Source: a virus (taxonomy: Duplodnaviria > Caudoviricetes). From it: 40,419 bases of DNA. The translations under genes and the position numbers were made by a program. The stretch covers positions 1 to 40,419 of the IMG/VR virus record IMGVR_UViG_3300037423_000800. The stretch is one strand, 5' to 3'. Under the pieces are notes generated by a model. That model was given only the letters and a program-made list of their open reading frames with translations. It searched no databases and was not told the origin of the DNA. Positions 24,705 through 32,254 of this stretch are shown piece by piece (position 1 is the stretch's first letter; each line of letters begins with the position of its first letter).

Positions 24705-24901
24705 TGCCCCGGAAAATCGACCACGTCAGCCGTGACGCGCTGGTCGAACTCCGCGAGTGCCTTTCCCGCTTTGGCAATGAACTCCGCCATTGTGTGGGGA
24801 GTGAGCGCGATCTCGATCCGGTCACATTCGGGAATGACGAAAAGCAAATCGCCGCGAACCTCAATTCTGGGGGCGGCGGAAGCGAAATAACACTTTTGCA
24901 T
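24701..24901 (-). CDS. Counter-oriented hypothetical protein
   Basis: 66 aa convergent with cro (stop codons overlap); ends VVDFPGH. Confidence 0.55.
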   Translation of the reverse strand: MQKCYFASAAPRIEVRGDLLFVIPECDRIEIALTPHTMAEFIAKAGKALAEFDQRVTADVVDFPGH

Positions 24902-25164
24902 CCAGAGGTTATCCTACGCAAAGCAACTCGGCAGTACGTAGATCGTAACTTAGCTAAAGTTAACAATCTGTCCACAACGGATTCGTCGCCCCCTGCGACG
25001 ATGGGCGCGGAAGTCGATGCCCCTCGCTCCGCGCCCTCCCTCACATTGCAGGGAAACCGAGCGCAACTCCAGCAATTTCTCGATTCATACGTGCGCGTTA
25101 CCGGCCATGAGCCGCCGCCCGACGAGATCGCGGACTTCATGACCCGCAGAATGATACCCGAATA

Positions 25165-25434
25165 GTGCTGGGCCGGGGGGACATCATACTCATCTTCGCC
25201 CTCGCCGCGACGGGCGCGGCATTGATCTACGGGCTTAACCTGCTCGCGGAATATCTGGCTCGCTGGGTCGCTGACGTTTGGGCCAGCCCACACGGGGATA
25301 TACCGCAGCTTCCGGCAGAACTCCGGCTCCGGAGCACGGGGGGGGATAGCACTCCGAAGCCGGTCGTTCATGAATCGCAATTAACCGACAGCGGTTCCGT
25401 TAATCGTCGGAGAATCAACGGGCGGTCGCTGTGA
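25165..25434 (+). CDS. Hypothetical protein with N-terminal TM
   Basis: Hydrophobic N-terminus; GTGA overlap with next gene. Confidence 0.45.
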   Translation: MLGRGDIILIFALAATGAALIYGLNLLAEYLARWVADVWASPHGDIPQLPAELRLRSTGGDSTPKPVVHESQLTDSGSVNRRRINGRSL

Positions 25435-25739
25435 ACATGCAGGGCCGCGCGAAGATGCATATCCTACAGGACGTAGGACGGGCACTGGGTCAAATCCGCC
25501 TCAACCGAGGTCTTTCGTCTGACGACATGCGTGTCGTGTTCGGTCTCAAGGCTGACGACATGGTTGCTCAATATATCGCGGGAATGGCTGAGATGGGTTT
25601 CGTCGCTTGGTTACGAGCGAACGAGGAATGGCCCGAACTCGCTGAGCTGATCGAGGAAAGCGAGAACGAACGCGCCCTCAAGGGTCGCCAGCGTCCGCTC
25701 GATCTCCCGTTACCGACAAAGCGAAGAAAGGCGGCGTAG
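25431..25739 (+). CDS. HTH regulator at CII-like position
   Basis: G.AL..IR...GLS.DDM..V.G...D....YIAG.AEMG; positional inference. Confidence 0.55.
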   Translation: MNMQGRAKMHILQDVGRALGQIRLNRGLSSDDMRVVFGLKADDMVAQYIAGMAEMGFVAWLRANEEWPELAELIEESENERALKGRQRPLDLPLPTKRRKAA

Positions 25740-25740
25740 C

Positions 25741-26073
25741 GTGTCAGGGGAGGGGAAACCACGCAAATGCGGAGCCTACACAAGGCGGCGCGGGTACACG
25801 TTCGAGAACGAGACGCGCCTTGCGTTCGAGGCTGCTGGCCTATCCTGCCGCCGTGTTCCTTTATCCGGCGCTGGTGACGAAAAGGGTGACCTGTGCGTGA
25901 GCACCGGATGGGGCGAACGGTTCCAGTGCGAACTAAAGCGCAAAAAGCAAATCCCCGCCTGGATCACTAGTCCGCTTGGCGATCACCGCGCCCTCATCAT
26001 CAGGGCTGACAAGCAAGAGGCGCTGGCGGTCGTTCGCCTGTCCGACCTCATGCACTGGTGGCAGTGCAAATGA
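25741..26073 (+). CDS. PD-(D/E)XK nuclease, Hjc-type Holliday junction resolvase-like
   Basis: RG..FE.E, RVPLSGA...KGDL, ELKR. Confidence 0.75.
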   Translation: MSGEGKPRKCGAYTRRRGYTFENETRLAFEAAGLSCRRVPLSGAGDEKGDLCVSTGWGERFQCELKRKKQIPAWITSPLGDHRALIIRADKQEALAVVRLSDLMHWWQCK

Positions 26074-26306
26074 CAGCTCCACCCCGCGAATGGTCACGCC
26101 TCCAGAAGTTCGTCTGGACCATGCGCAAGCACGGCAACGAACCCGATAACCTGAACCTGGAGAAGCTCGCCAGCTTCAATGACTGGACAACAGCCGACGA
26201 GCTGCTGGTTGAGTTCCATATCCAGCAGAACGGTTCGCGAAAGCTCGCAGAAGAGATCGCAGTCGTCGCGCCACCAACCATTAGTCAGAGTGAGGATGAG
26301 GAATGA
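26070..26306 (+). CDS. Hypothetical protein
   Basis: ATGA overlaps at both ends. Confidence 0.55.
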   Translation: MTAPPREWSRLQKFVWTMRKHGNEPDNLNLEKLASFNDWTTADELLVEFHIQQNGSRKLAEEIAVVAPPTISQSEDEE

Positions 26307-26566
26307 GCGCCCCTTGGTCTGAGTACGAGCTGCAATGCTTGTACGAACTGGTCAACGAGGTTGACTGGATCAACACCGCGAAACTCTTGCTTCCAGGTCG
26401 GACGAGAACCGCGATCAACGTCAAGATGTCCGCGCTGCGCAAGGAAGCCGGAATTGTCCCGATGCGCGTCGGGCCGAAATCGAAATGGATGCCTCGGGTC
26501 GAATACGACCGCGCGAAATCCAGCAGCGACAAGCTCCTTAACGCACTCCTGGAGATGGCGGCATGA
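26303..26566 (+). CDS. Myb/GcrA-N-terminal-like HTH protein
   Basis: WS..E...L..L......A..L.GRTR.AI..K...LR. Confidence 0.55.
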   Translation: MSAPWSEYELQCLYELVNEVDWINTAKLLLPGRTRTAINVKMSALRKEAGIVPMRVGPKSKWMPRVEYDRAKSSSDKLLNALLEMAA

Positions 26567-26904
26567 TACCACTAACCGCAAAGCAAATCGAGCTTCTTAC
26601 GTATCTCAAATCGTGCGAACGGTGCCCATCGTTCGATGAAATGAAGGACGCGCTCGGACTCCATAGCAAGGCAGGCATACACCGGCTGATCGAGGCGCTT
26701 GAAGAGCGCGGATATATCAAACGCGCTCCGAACCGCGCCCGCGCAATCGAGCTCATCGAAGAGCCGACTCTTCCAGACACGCTCGCCAAATTCACCGTTA
26801 CCGAGCTTGCGGCAGAAGCACGCAGGCGCGGATTGGTATTGGGCCACTACTACCGGGAGGCGGACGGAGCACGGACATTCTTTTCTGTCGGCGGCAGTGC
26901 ATGA
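26563..26904 (+). CDS. LexA DNA-binding-domain-only protein
   Basis: LT.KQ.ELL.Y.....[37 protein letters not shown]; no S24 peptidase domain. Confidence 0.88.
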   Translation: MIPLTAKQIELLTYLKSCERCPSFDEMKDALGLHSKAGIHRLIEALEERGYIKRAPNRARAIELIEEPTLPDTLAKFTVTELAAEARRRGLVLGHYYREADGARTFFSVGGSA

Positions 26905-27053
26905 ACCGCTGGCTCCGCTCCATCCCAGCCACGTATCAATCGAGATTCAATTATCTCGTGGACTGGGTTGATACTCCTCCATCTGAAGCTCGCAGGATCG
27001 TGGAACAGGAAATCCGCGACGATGCAGAGTTTGAAAAGAGAAACGCTGCGTGA
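26901..27053 (+). CDS. 50-aa hypothetical protein (not in ORF track)
   Basis: [50 protein letters not shown]; ATGA/GTGA overlaps. Confidence 0.6.
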   Translation: MNRWLRSIPATYQSRFNYLVDWVDTPPSEARRIVEQEIRDDAEFEKRNAA

Positions 27054-27793
27054 GCGGCTACGTGCGGCTCTATCGCTCGCTCGTCAATGAGCATCCAGCG
27101 TTCCGCAATGACGCTGAAGCGATGGCGTTCGCATGGCTCGTCGCAAAGGCAGCATGGCAGCCAACCCGCGTCCGTTACAAAGAGCGCATCATCGCCCTGG
27201 ATCGCGGCCAGCTCGCGGTGTCGCAGCGCGACATGGCACGATCACTCGACCGCGACAAGGCATGGGTTGAGCGTCTTTGGAAACGCCTAAAATCCGAGGC
27301 AATGATTGAGGTGGATAGTGAGGCAGGCGTCGCTGTCATAACCATCTGTAAATACGAAAAATATCAGAGGCGCGGCCTTGGCCGTGAGGCACTAGACGAG
27401 GCACCGGAAGAGGCAGCGGCAAGGCAGGGGCAAGGCACAGAACAAGTAAGGGAAGAAGTTAAGAAGATAAGTTCGGAACCTAAAGGTTCCTCACCGCGCC
27501 CGTGGGTTTGCCCGCTTGGTGTTCCAAGTCAGGTTTGGGCCGATCTGCTCGGCAACCGTAAGCGCAAGAGGCTCGGCCTTAGCGCAACTGCGTGGAAGCA
27601 TTTCAACGACGATCTGGCCCGCGTTTCGATTCAAACCGGAATCCCGCCGCCGCAACTCATCGAGCAATGCACCGCCAAGGGCTGGGGAGCCATTTACGAT
27701 CCAAGGAACAACCGAGATGACCGAACTGACCGAGATGCCACCACAGTTGCCCTCGAACGTTTACTTGGTGGGGGTCACGCTGGAATTGGCTAA
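27050..27793 (+). CDS. Replication initiator (lambda O-like)
   Basis: [25 protein letters not shown]; internal iterons. Confidence 0.78.
   Translation: MSGYVRLYRSLVNEHPAFRNDAEAMAFAWLVAKAAWQPTRVRYKERIIALDRGQLAVSQRDMARSLDRDKAWVERLWKRLKSEAMIEVDSEAGVAVITICKYEKYQRRGLGREALDEAPEEAAARQGQGTEQVREEVKKISSEPKGSSPRPWVCPLGVPSQVWADLLGNRKRKRLGLSATAWKHFNDDLARVSIQTGIPPPQLIEQCTAKGWGAIYDPRNNRDDRTDRDATTVALERLLGGGHAGIG
27296..27485 (+). repeat. Putative origin: (G/A)AGGCA iterons at ~12-bp period plus A-rich tract
   Basis: GAGGCA at 27296, 27320, 27386, 27398, 27410; AAGGCA at 27421, 27432; purine/A-rich 27440-27485. Confidence 0.65.
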
Positions 27794-28271
27794 GTGCCTC
27801 AAGCTGGTCGCCCCAATTTCGATGAACGCGGACGCCCAAATGGTGTGGCTACAGGCCGCCGCCGATGCGCTTGACGGAATTAGGGCAGACGAGATCGCTG
27901 CGGTATCCGCCGAGCTTCGCCGGTCGGTTACGAGGCCATCCCAAATCGTTCCCGAGATTTCGAAGCTGGTGGCGGAGAAGCGGGCGAGGGCCAACCGTGT
28001 TGCAGCACCGGCAAGTCCGTACGCTGCGGAAATGGCGATCAACGAGGAATCGCAACGTCGCCGTGCCGCTGTGGGCGCGAAAGACAAGAAGGCGCTGTCC
28101 GACATTTACGAATGGGAACGACAGGCGCGCATGGATGCGGGGCTTCATGTTGGGCCATATCCTAAGCGACTAACCGACGACGAACTGGAGGCAATGCCGA
28201 GCCACATTCGGAAGATGGGGATTGCTCACGGGTTCCTCGAATATCGCGGCGGGAAGCTGGTCGAAGCATGA
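27717..28271 (+). CDS. Replication accessory protein (helicase-loader position)
   Basis: ATG 27717 after AAGGA; overlaps initiator 3' end; positional inference. Confidence 0.5.
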   Translation: MTELTEMPPQLPSNVYLVGVTLELAKCLKLVAPISMNADAQMVWLQAAADALDGIRADEIAAVSAELRRSVTRPSQIVPEISKLVAEKRARANRVAAPASPYAAEMAINEESQRRRAAVGAKDKKALSDIYEWERQARMDAGLHVGPYPKRLTDDELEAMPSHIRKMGIAHGFLEYRGGKLVEA

Positions 28272-28288
28272 TCAGGGGAGGGAAACGA

Positions 28289-28441
28289 ATGGAGGACGAA
28301 CTACGCGAGCTGTTACTTTCCGGCACGCTATCTCTAACATCGTTCGACGGGCATTGTGTCCGTATCGACTTCGAGAGCCGCGAGGAAGCGGAGGATATGT
28401 TCGATTTTCTCGATGAACTTGCGGGAGGCACGAATGGCTAA
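28289..28441 (+). CDS. 50-aa FE.REEAE-family protein (not in ORF track)
   Basis: MEDELRELLLSGTLSLTSFDGHCVRIDFESREEAEDMFDFLDELAGGTNG; RBS GGAGGG; alternative in-frame ATG at 28268. Confidence 0.65.
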   Translation: MEDELRELLLSGTLSLTSFDGHCVRIDFESREEAEDMFDFLDELAGGTNG

Positions 28442-29060
28442 ACGCGGGAGACCGAGAAAGTCAGGACCACGCAAGCACGATGGTTCGCTTGAGCGTGGAA
28501 AGCTTGTTCCTCCACCGGACCACATCGTTGCCCGAAGAAAGCTGTTCTCGTTCGTGGTGAGCGAGAAAGGCGGAAGCATCGACCAGGACACGTGCGACGG
28601 GATCGGGCAGTTCCACGCGCTGGGGTTGCTCGACGGCCAGCCGATTGACGGGCTGGAGCTGCGGAACATCGGCAGGGAATGGAGAGACTGGTTCGTGACC
28701 CTTCTACGCAGGCAGGGCTTCAAGGCCGGTGGATACGAGCGAATGGACAAGGCGAAGGAACGCGAGCCCCGGCACAACGAACGCCTTGATCGAATGGATG
28801 ATTCGCTGAGCGGTTATGAGCGACACGCGCTGTATTCGCTGCTGATCGATCCTGTGGTGGGCTCTTGGCCCTGCGGTGAATCAGATGCGCCGTGGGTGCG
28901 CTCGATCATCGCGGAGGAACTGCTGAAACGCAACCGTTACGTTGCGAGCTTCCGCTTTCCAGATGCTCACGACAGGGAATTACTGGAGGCTGCGATACGC
29001 GGGTTATTTTGTTTGTACGATGCGAGTTTGCCGGGGAGATACGAGAGGAGGGCGGCGTGA
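28434..29060 (+). CDS. Putative late-gene regulator (Q-like position)
   Basis: MAKRGRPRKSG basic start; last large gene before the late promoter and terminator; function inferred. Confidence 0.55.
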   Translation: MAKRGRPRKSGPRKHDGSLERGKLVPPPDHIVARRKLFSFVVSEKGGSIDQDTCDGIGQFHALGLLDGQPIDGLELRNIGREWRDWFVTLLRRQGFKAGGYERMDKAKEREPRHNERLDRMDDSLSGYERHALYSLLIDPVVGSWPCGESDAPWVRSIIAEELLKRNRYVASFRFPDAHDRELLEAAIRGLFCLYDASLPGRYERRAA

Positions 29061-29191
29061 GGTGGCGCACCGGAAACAATAGACGGCGCGCCAAGCTCGT
29101 TAGGTTGCGGAGAACGAGAACCTTTCCATGCAGCGTGGCCGGTATACAGAGCGCAATCAGGTGGGCAAGTGCGATTGTCAATAGGAGGTGA
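29057..29191 (+). CDS. 44-aa Arg-rich peptide
   Basis: RBS GAGGAG, GTGA overlap; MRWRTGNNRRRAKLVRLRRTR... Confidence 0.45.
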   Translation: MRWRTGNNRRRAKLVRLRRTRTFPCSVAGIQSAIRWASAIVNRR

Positions 29192-29194
29192 GAG

Positions 29195-29380
29195 ATGGAT
29201 GAATTGCGCGAGAAGCTGGCATCCGCACTGGTTGCCGAAATAGAACGGCAATCTGGCGGAAATTGGCCGCGCGACATGCGCGGCCTCATTGGCGTGATCG
29301 ATGATTATATCGACTTCGCAGAGCTGGCGGACAGCGCAATCGCAGCAATCCATCAGAAAGAACAGGGAACCAACGTATAA
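29195..29380 (+). CDS. Hypothetical protein
   Basis: RBS AGGAGGTGA; 61 aa. Confidence 0.7.
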   Translation: MDELREKLASALVAEIERQSGGNWPRDMRGLIGVIDDYIDFAELADSAIAAIHQKEQGTNV

Positions 29381-29396
29381 TTCTGATCGTTGTTCC
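29366..29396. promoter_or_regulatory. Bidirectional EcfG/sigmaT-type promoter motif
   Basis: + strand GGAAC-N17-CGTT (29366-29391); - strand GGAAC-N16-CGTT (29396-29372). Confidence 0.45.
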
Positions 29397-29406
29397 GCGT
29401 AGGGAC

Positions 29407-29435
29407 TTGACGCGGACCCGAATTTATGAGACAAT
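29407..29435 (+). promoter_or_regulatory. Late (pR'-like) sigma70 promoter
   Basis: TTGACG-N17-GACAAT in the largest intergenic gap. Confidence 0.75.
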
Positions 29436-29452
29436 AAGCAATCCTCAGAATT

Positions 29453-29491
29453 GCGCCCGCAGTCTAACCGGCTAGCGGGCGTTTTCCGTTT
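29453..29491 (+). terminator. tR'-like intrinsic terminator
   Basis: GCGCCCGC...GCGGGCGT stem followed by TTTCCGTTT, just downstream of the promoter. Confidence 0.65.
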
Positions 29492-29665
29492 CAGCGCCTG
29501 ACACCAAGACACGGCGGCGCTGTCCGGCCAGCCCCAACCGAACGCAATCATAGAAACGCCAGTATGGCACGCTGACGGCTCTGGCGAGCTGGCCGGAAGA
29601 TTTCATGGAAATCCGCGCTCCTGCGGATAGGCCGCTGCGGCGGTCGCTTTCTTGGGAGAACGACA

Positions 29666-29971
29666 ATGGGCGAGCTTCGGCTTGTTGAATACAGTGTGCG
29701 TCCGGTTACTCGCTACATCGTGACGCGCTACGAAGAGCGTGACGGTGACGACAATTACCGCAGCTCCGACGATCCACGCATCGCTGAACATAGGGTCGGG
29801 AAAGCCAAGGTTTGCTGCGGTTCAAGTGGTCACGGCGAGTTCGATAACGGGCAAACCGCCTACGATGTCGCCTATGCCCTTTGCCGAGCCGAGCATGAAC
29901 GCCTCGGGTTGCCTATTGCCGATGAGCGCATCCGCTATCCAGACAGTCCGTTCGAGCCGCCGTCCGAATAG
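29666..29971 (+). CDS. Hypothetical protein, first late gene
   Basis: RBS GGGAG; VEY.VRPVTRYIVTRY...GEFDN...AY.VAYALC. Confidence 0.7.
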   Translation: MGELRLVEYSVRPVTRYIVTRYEERDGDDNYRSSDDPRIAEHRVGKAKVCCGSSGHGEFDNGQTAYDVAYALCRAEHERLGLPIADERIRYPDSPFEPPSE

Positions 29972-29974
29972 GTA

Positions 29975-30283
29975 GTGTCCACAGCCCGCAAAGCCCTCAT
30001 TGTACGCAGGACGAGTCCCATGTCCGAAACCGCATCCTTGGTAGCCGAAGGTCTGCACGATGTAGCGGACGCACTGAGGATGGTCGCGGGTGTTCTCGCA
30101 TGGGGTGCTGTGGAGTCTAATTCAGACACTCACGGACGGCAGAAGGAAATGGCTGCGGTGATCCTTCGCTTTGCAAGTGAGGGATATTTCTCGACCAAGG
30201 TTGATGGAACCAAGGTGAGCCAAGCGGACGCTGAACAGGCGGCTGCGATGTTCAACAAGCTGTTTCCGCTGCGGCGAAGGTAG
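29975..30283 (+). CDS. Hypothetical protein (start may be ATG 30020)
   Basis: Fills gap; AGGA before the internal ATG. Confidence 0.5.
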   Translation: MSTARKALIVRRTSPMSETASLVAEGLHDVADALRMVAGVLAWGAVESNSDTHGRQKEMAAVILRFASEGYFSTKVDGTKVSQADAEQAAAMFNKLFPLRRR

Positions 30284-30285
30284 GT

Positions 30286-30423
30286 TGGTTGCGGGCCGGT
30301 TGGGATTCGAACCCACGGCAGGGCAGGTGTAGGCTCTCGTGCGCCACTCACCCTATCTAGCACGTCTCGGCCTTACTTCTTCGGCATCAGCCTTAAGCCA
30401 GACTCAGCAACGACGCCGCAACC
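30286..30423 (-). ncRNA. tRNA-like RNA (~138 nt) with non-canonical enlarged middle
   Basis: GGTTGCGG/CCGCAACC terminal stem, D-arm-like GCTGAGTCTGGCTTAAGGC, T-arm GTGGGTTCGAATCCCA, 3' ACCA; promoter TTGCCT-N17-TAGCGC at 30459-30431. Confidence 0.65.
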
Positions 30424-30462
30424 GATGACTGCGCTATCACAATCCGCAGCGAAAGGCAAGCG

Positions 30463-30579
30463 ATGCACTTCAACATCCGCCGCTGCACGCATTACCGCGA
30501 GGACAACAGCGCAGCTCGTGCGGTCGAGATCAATGTGGAGATTTACCGCTTCTGCTTCTGTGTGGTGCTGGCGGTATGA
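30463..30579 (+). CDS. 38-aa hypothetical peptide
   Basis: MHFNIRRCTHYREDNSAARAVEINVEIYRFCFCVVLAV; ATGA overlap with next gene. Confidence 0.35.
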   Translation: MHFNIRRCTHYREDNSAARAVEINVEIYRFCFCVVLAV

Positions 30580-30854
30580 CGCTCAAGCTAATCTACGATG
30601 AGAGCAACGTAGAAAAGCTCGACATATTCAACTTCCAGGACATTCCCGGCTGCGCCCGTAGGTTCGCTCAGAAACTGGAAACCGAGGATGACGGACCCAA
30701 GCCCTCGCGCGTCGTCGCGATCCTCGACACGCCCGAGGGGATAGCAATCTGCGTCTGGGGCGATGCTGCCACCGGATACGAATTGGTGGGCCTTTTAGAG
30801 GCTGCAAAGCTGCACGCTTACGAGACGAACCTAACCGATGATGGTGGGGATTAA
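30576..30854 (+). CDS. Hypothetical protein
   Basis: 92 aa; ...WG......VGLLE.AK motif; next gene starts immediately after. Confidence 0.6.
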   Translation: MTLKLIYDESNVEKLDIFNFQDIPGCARRFAQKLETEDDGPKPSRVVAILDTPEGIAICVWGDAATGYELVGLLEAAKLHAYETNLTDDGGD

Positions 30855-31694
30855 ATGAACGAAGAGCTGCAAGCGATCATCGACGCACTGCTGGCGGTAA
30901 TTGACAAGGTGAAGGCGCTTATCGTTCCCGATCCGGTCCCAACTCCGACGCCCACACCTACTCCAACGCCAACTCCCGCACCGCCGACATTCCCGACCGA
31001 TGCAGATTGGTTCAGCTCAATCCTGCAACCGAACGGTCTCGCTCCGTCATTCGTCAAACTCGACGGACACAGTTGGTCTGTTGGTGCCGGTTCCGTGATG
31101 TACCCAAACATGGATTACGCCGTGCGCGTACTCCCGAATAACTATCGGTTCGAAGTTCACGACACACAGAACGACCAAGCCCCAAGCGACACAAGCGATC
31201 CCAACAAGCGCCGCGCGATTCTCTCTGCTTCGACCTCGGCGGATTATTTCAAGAACGGCAAGACATACGAACTCTCGTTCGACGCAATCGTCCACTGGGA
31301 TTCGTCCGCCGACCAACTGACGGTTGGCGACGGTCATCAGTTGATGGAGATGCACACCGGCTCACACCCGGCGTTCGCGATCCGCCTCGACAGAACCGGA
31401 AAGCTCAATCTCACGACGAGCAACGAAGGCTCGAATGTCGTCAGGTACGCCGGGGCCAACGTCCTCGACCAGAAGCACAATTACAAGGTCCGTTTCATGC
31501 TCGGCACGGGCTCCACGAGCTATGTCGAGCTGTTCGTTGACGGTGTTTCCGTGGGCAAGTTCCTCGGCGGTGTCGGCAGCACGACCGAGGACGATCACAA
31601 GGCCAAATTCGGCATTTACGCGGGTTCCGGTCTCAACGGAGACCGCATTGTTATGGAAGTCGCGAACATCACGAAGTTCCCCGTCGCAATCTGA
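30855..31694 (+). CDS. Polysaccharide-lyase-like beta-jelly-roll protein with (PT)n linker
   Basis: N-terminal amphipathic helix, PTPTPT linker, RFEV..., KRRA.L, Y.LSF, Q.MEMH, LFVDG, KFGIY. Confidence 0.65.
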   Translation: MNEELQAIIDALLAVIDKVKALIVPDPVPTPTPTPTPTPTPAPPTFPTDADWFSSILQPNGLAPSFVKLDGHSWSVGAGSVMYPNMDYAVRVLPNNYRFEVHDTQNDQAPSDTSDPNKRRAILSASTSADYFKNGKTYELSFDAIVHWDSSADQLTVGDGHQLMEMHTGSHPAFAIRLDRTGKLNLTTSNEGSNVVRYAGANVLDQKHNYKVRFMLGTGSTSYVELFVDGVSVGKFLGGVGSTTEDDHKAKFGIYAGSGLNGDRIVMEVANITKFPVAI

Positions 31695-31708
31695 CCAGGT
31701 GGTAAGAA

Positions 31709-32254
31709 ATGACTGTTAACGTTCAAGACATGCACAAGCTGCCGCAGAGTTCACCTGCTGGCGTGCCTGTGGTCAATACCGATGGCGGAACCTCGGCAGC
31801 TCCAGCCGTTGTCGTTGTCAATCCCGATGGCACCCTTGCCACCCCGGCGAGTGACGCAACGCAGCTATTGATGCTTGCCGACCTGGATGACATCAATTCG
31901 GCAGTATCGACACCCGTCACTGAACTGCCGCCTCCCGCGCTTTCTACCACAAAGCGATTGGCCCGTGCGGTTGCTTCGAGTTCGACAGCGACCACGACAA
32001 GCCTTGTTTCCGCCACCGCTTCTCAGACGACCCGTCTCCATCGCGCAATTATCTCCTGCGCCGGGGCCTGCCTTGTCGAACTATTGGACGGAACCACCAA
32101 CGCAAAGACGATCCGCTTTCCCGGAGCCGGTGTGGCAATCCTCGATTTCGCTGCCGAGCCTTGGGTTATCACGACTGCCAATACCGCGCTTCAGTTCAAG
32201 ACCAGCGCTGCGGTCCAGGTCGATGTTGACGTTGAATATGTGAAGTCTGCATGA
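31709..32254 (+). CDS. Putative virion decoration / fibre-base protein
   Basis: A/T/S/V-rich; VVVVNPDG motif; compact beta C-domain. Confidence 0.45.
   Translation: MTVNVQDMHKLPQSSPAGVPVVNTDGGTSAAPAVVVVNPDGTLATPASDATQLLMLADLDDINSAVSTPVTELPPPALSTTKRLARAVASSSTATTTSLVSATASQTTRLHRAIISCAGACLVELLDGTTNAKTIRFPGAGVAILDFAAEPWVITTANTALQFKTSAAVQVDVDVEYVKSA

Noticed and set aside
24945-24965. Canonical CtrA box
   Set aside because: Does not fit TTAA-N7-TTAA exactly; kept only as a shared 15-mer finding
24500-25165. 221-aa ORF spanning cro
   Set aside because: Overlaps cro, a plausible minus-strand gene and an AT-rich regulatory patch; at most the 3' ~50 codons may be coding
29360-29370. Alphaproteobacterial LexA box
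   Set aside because: GAAC repeats are 3 nt apart, not 7
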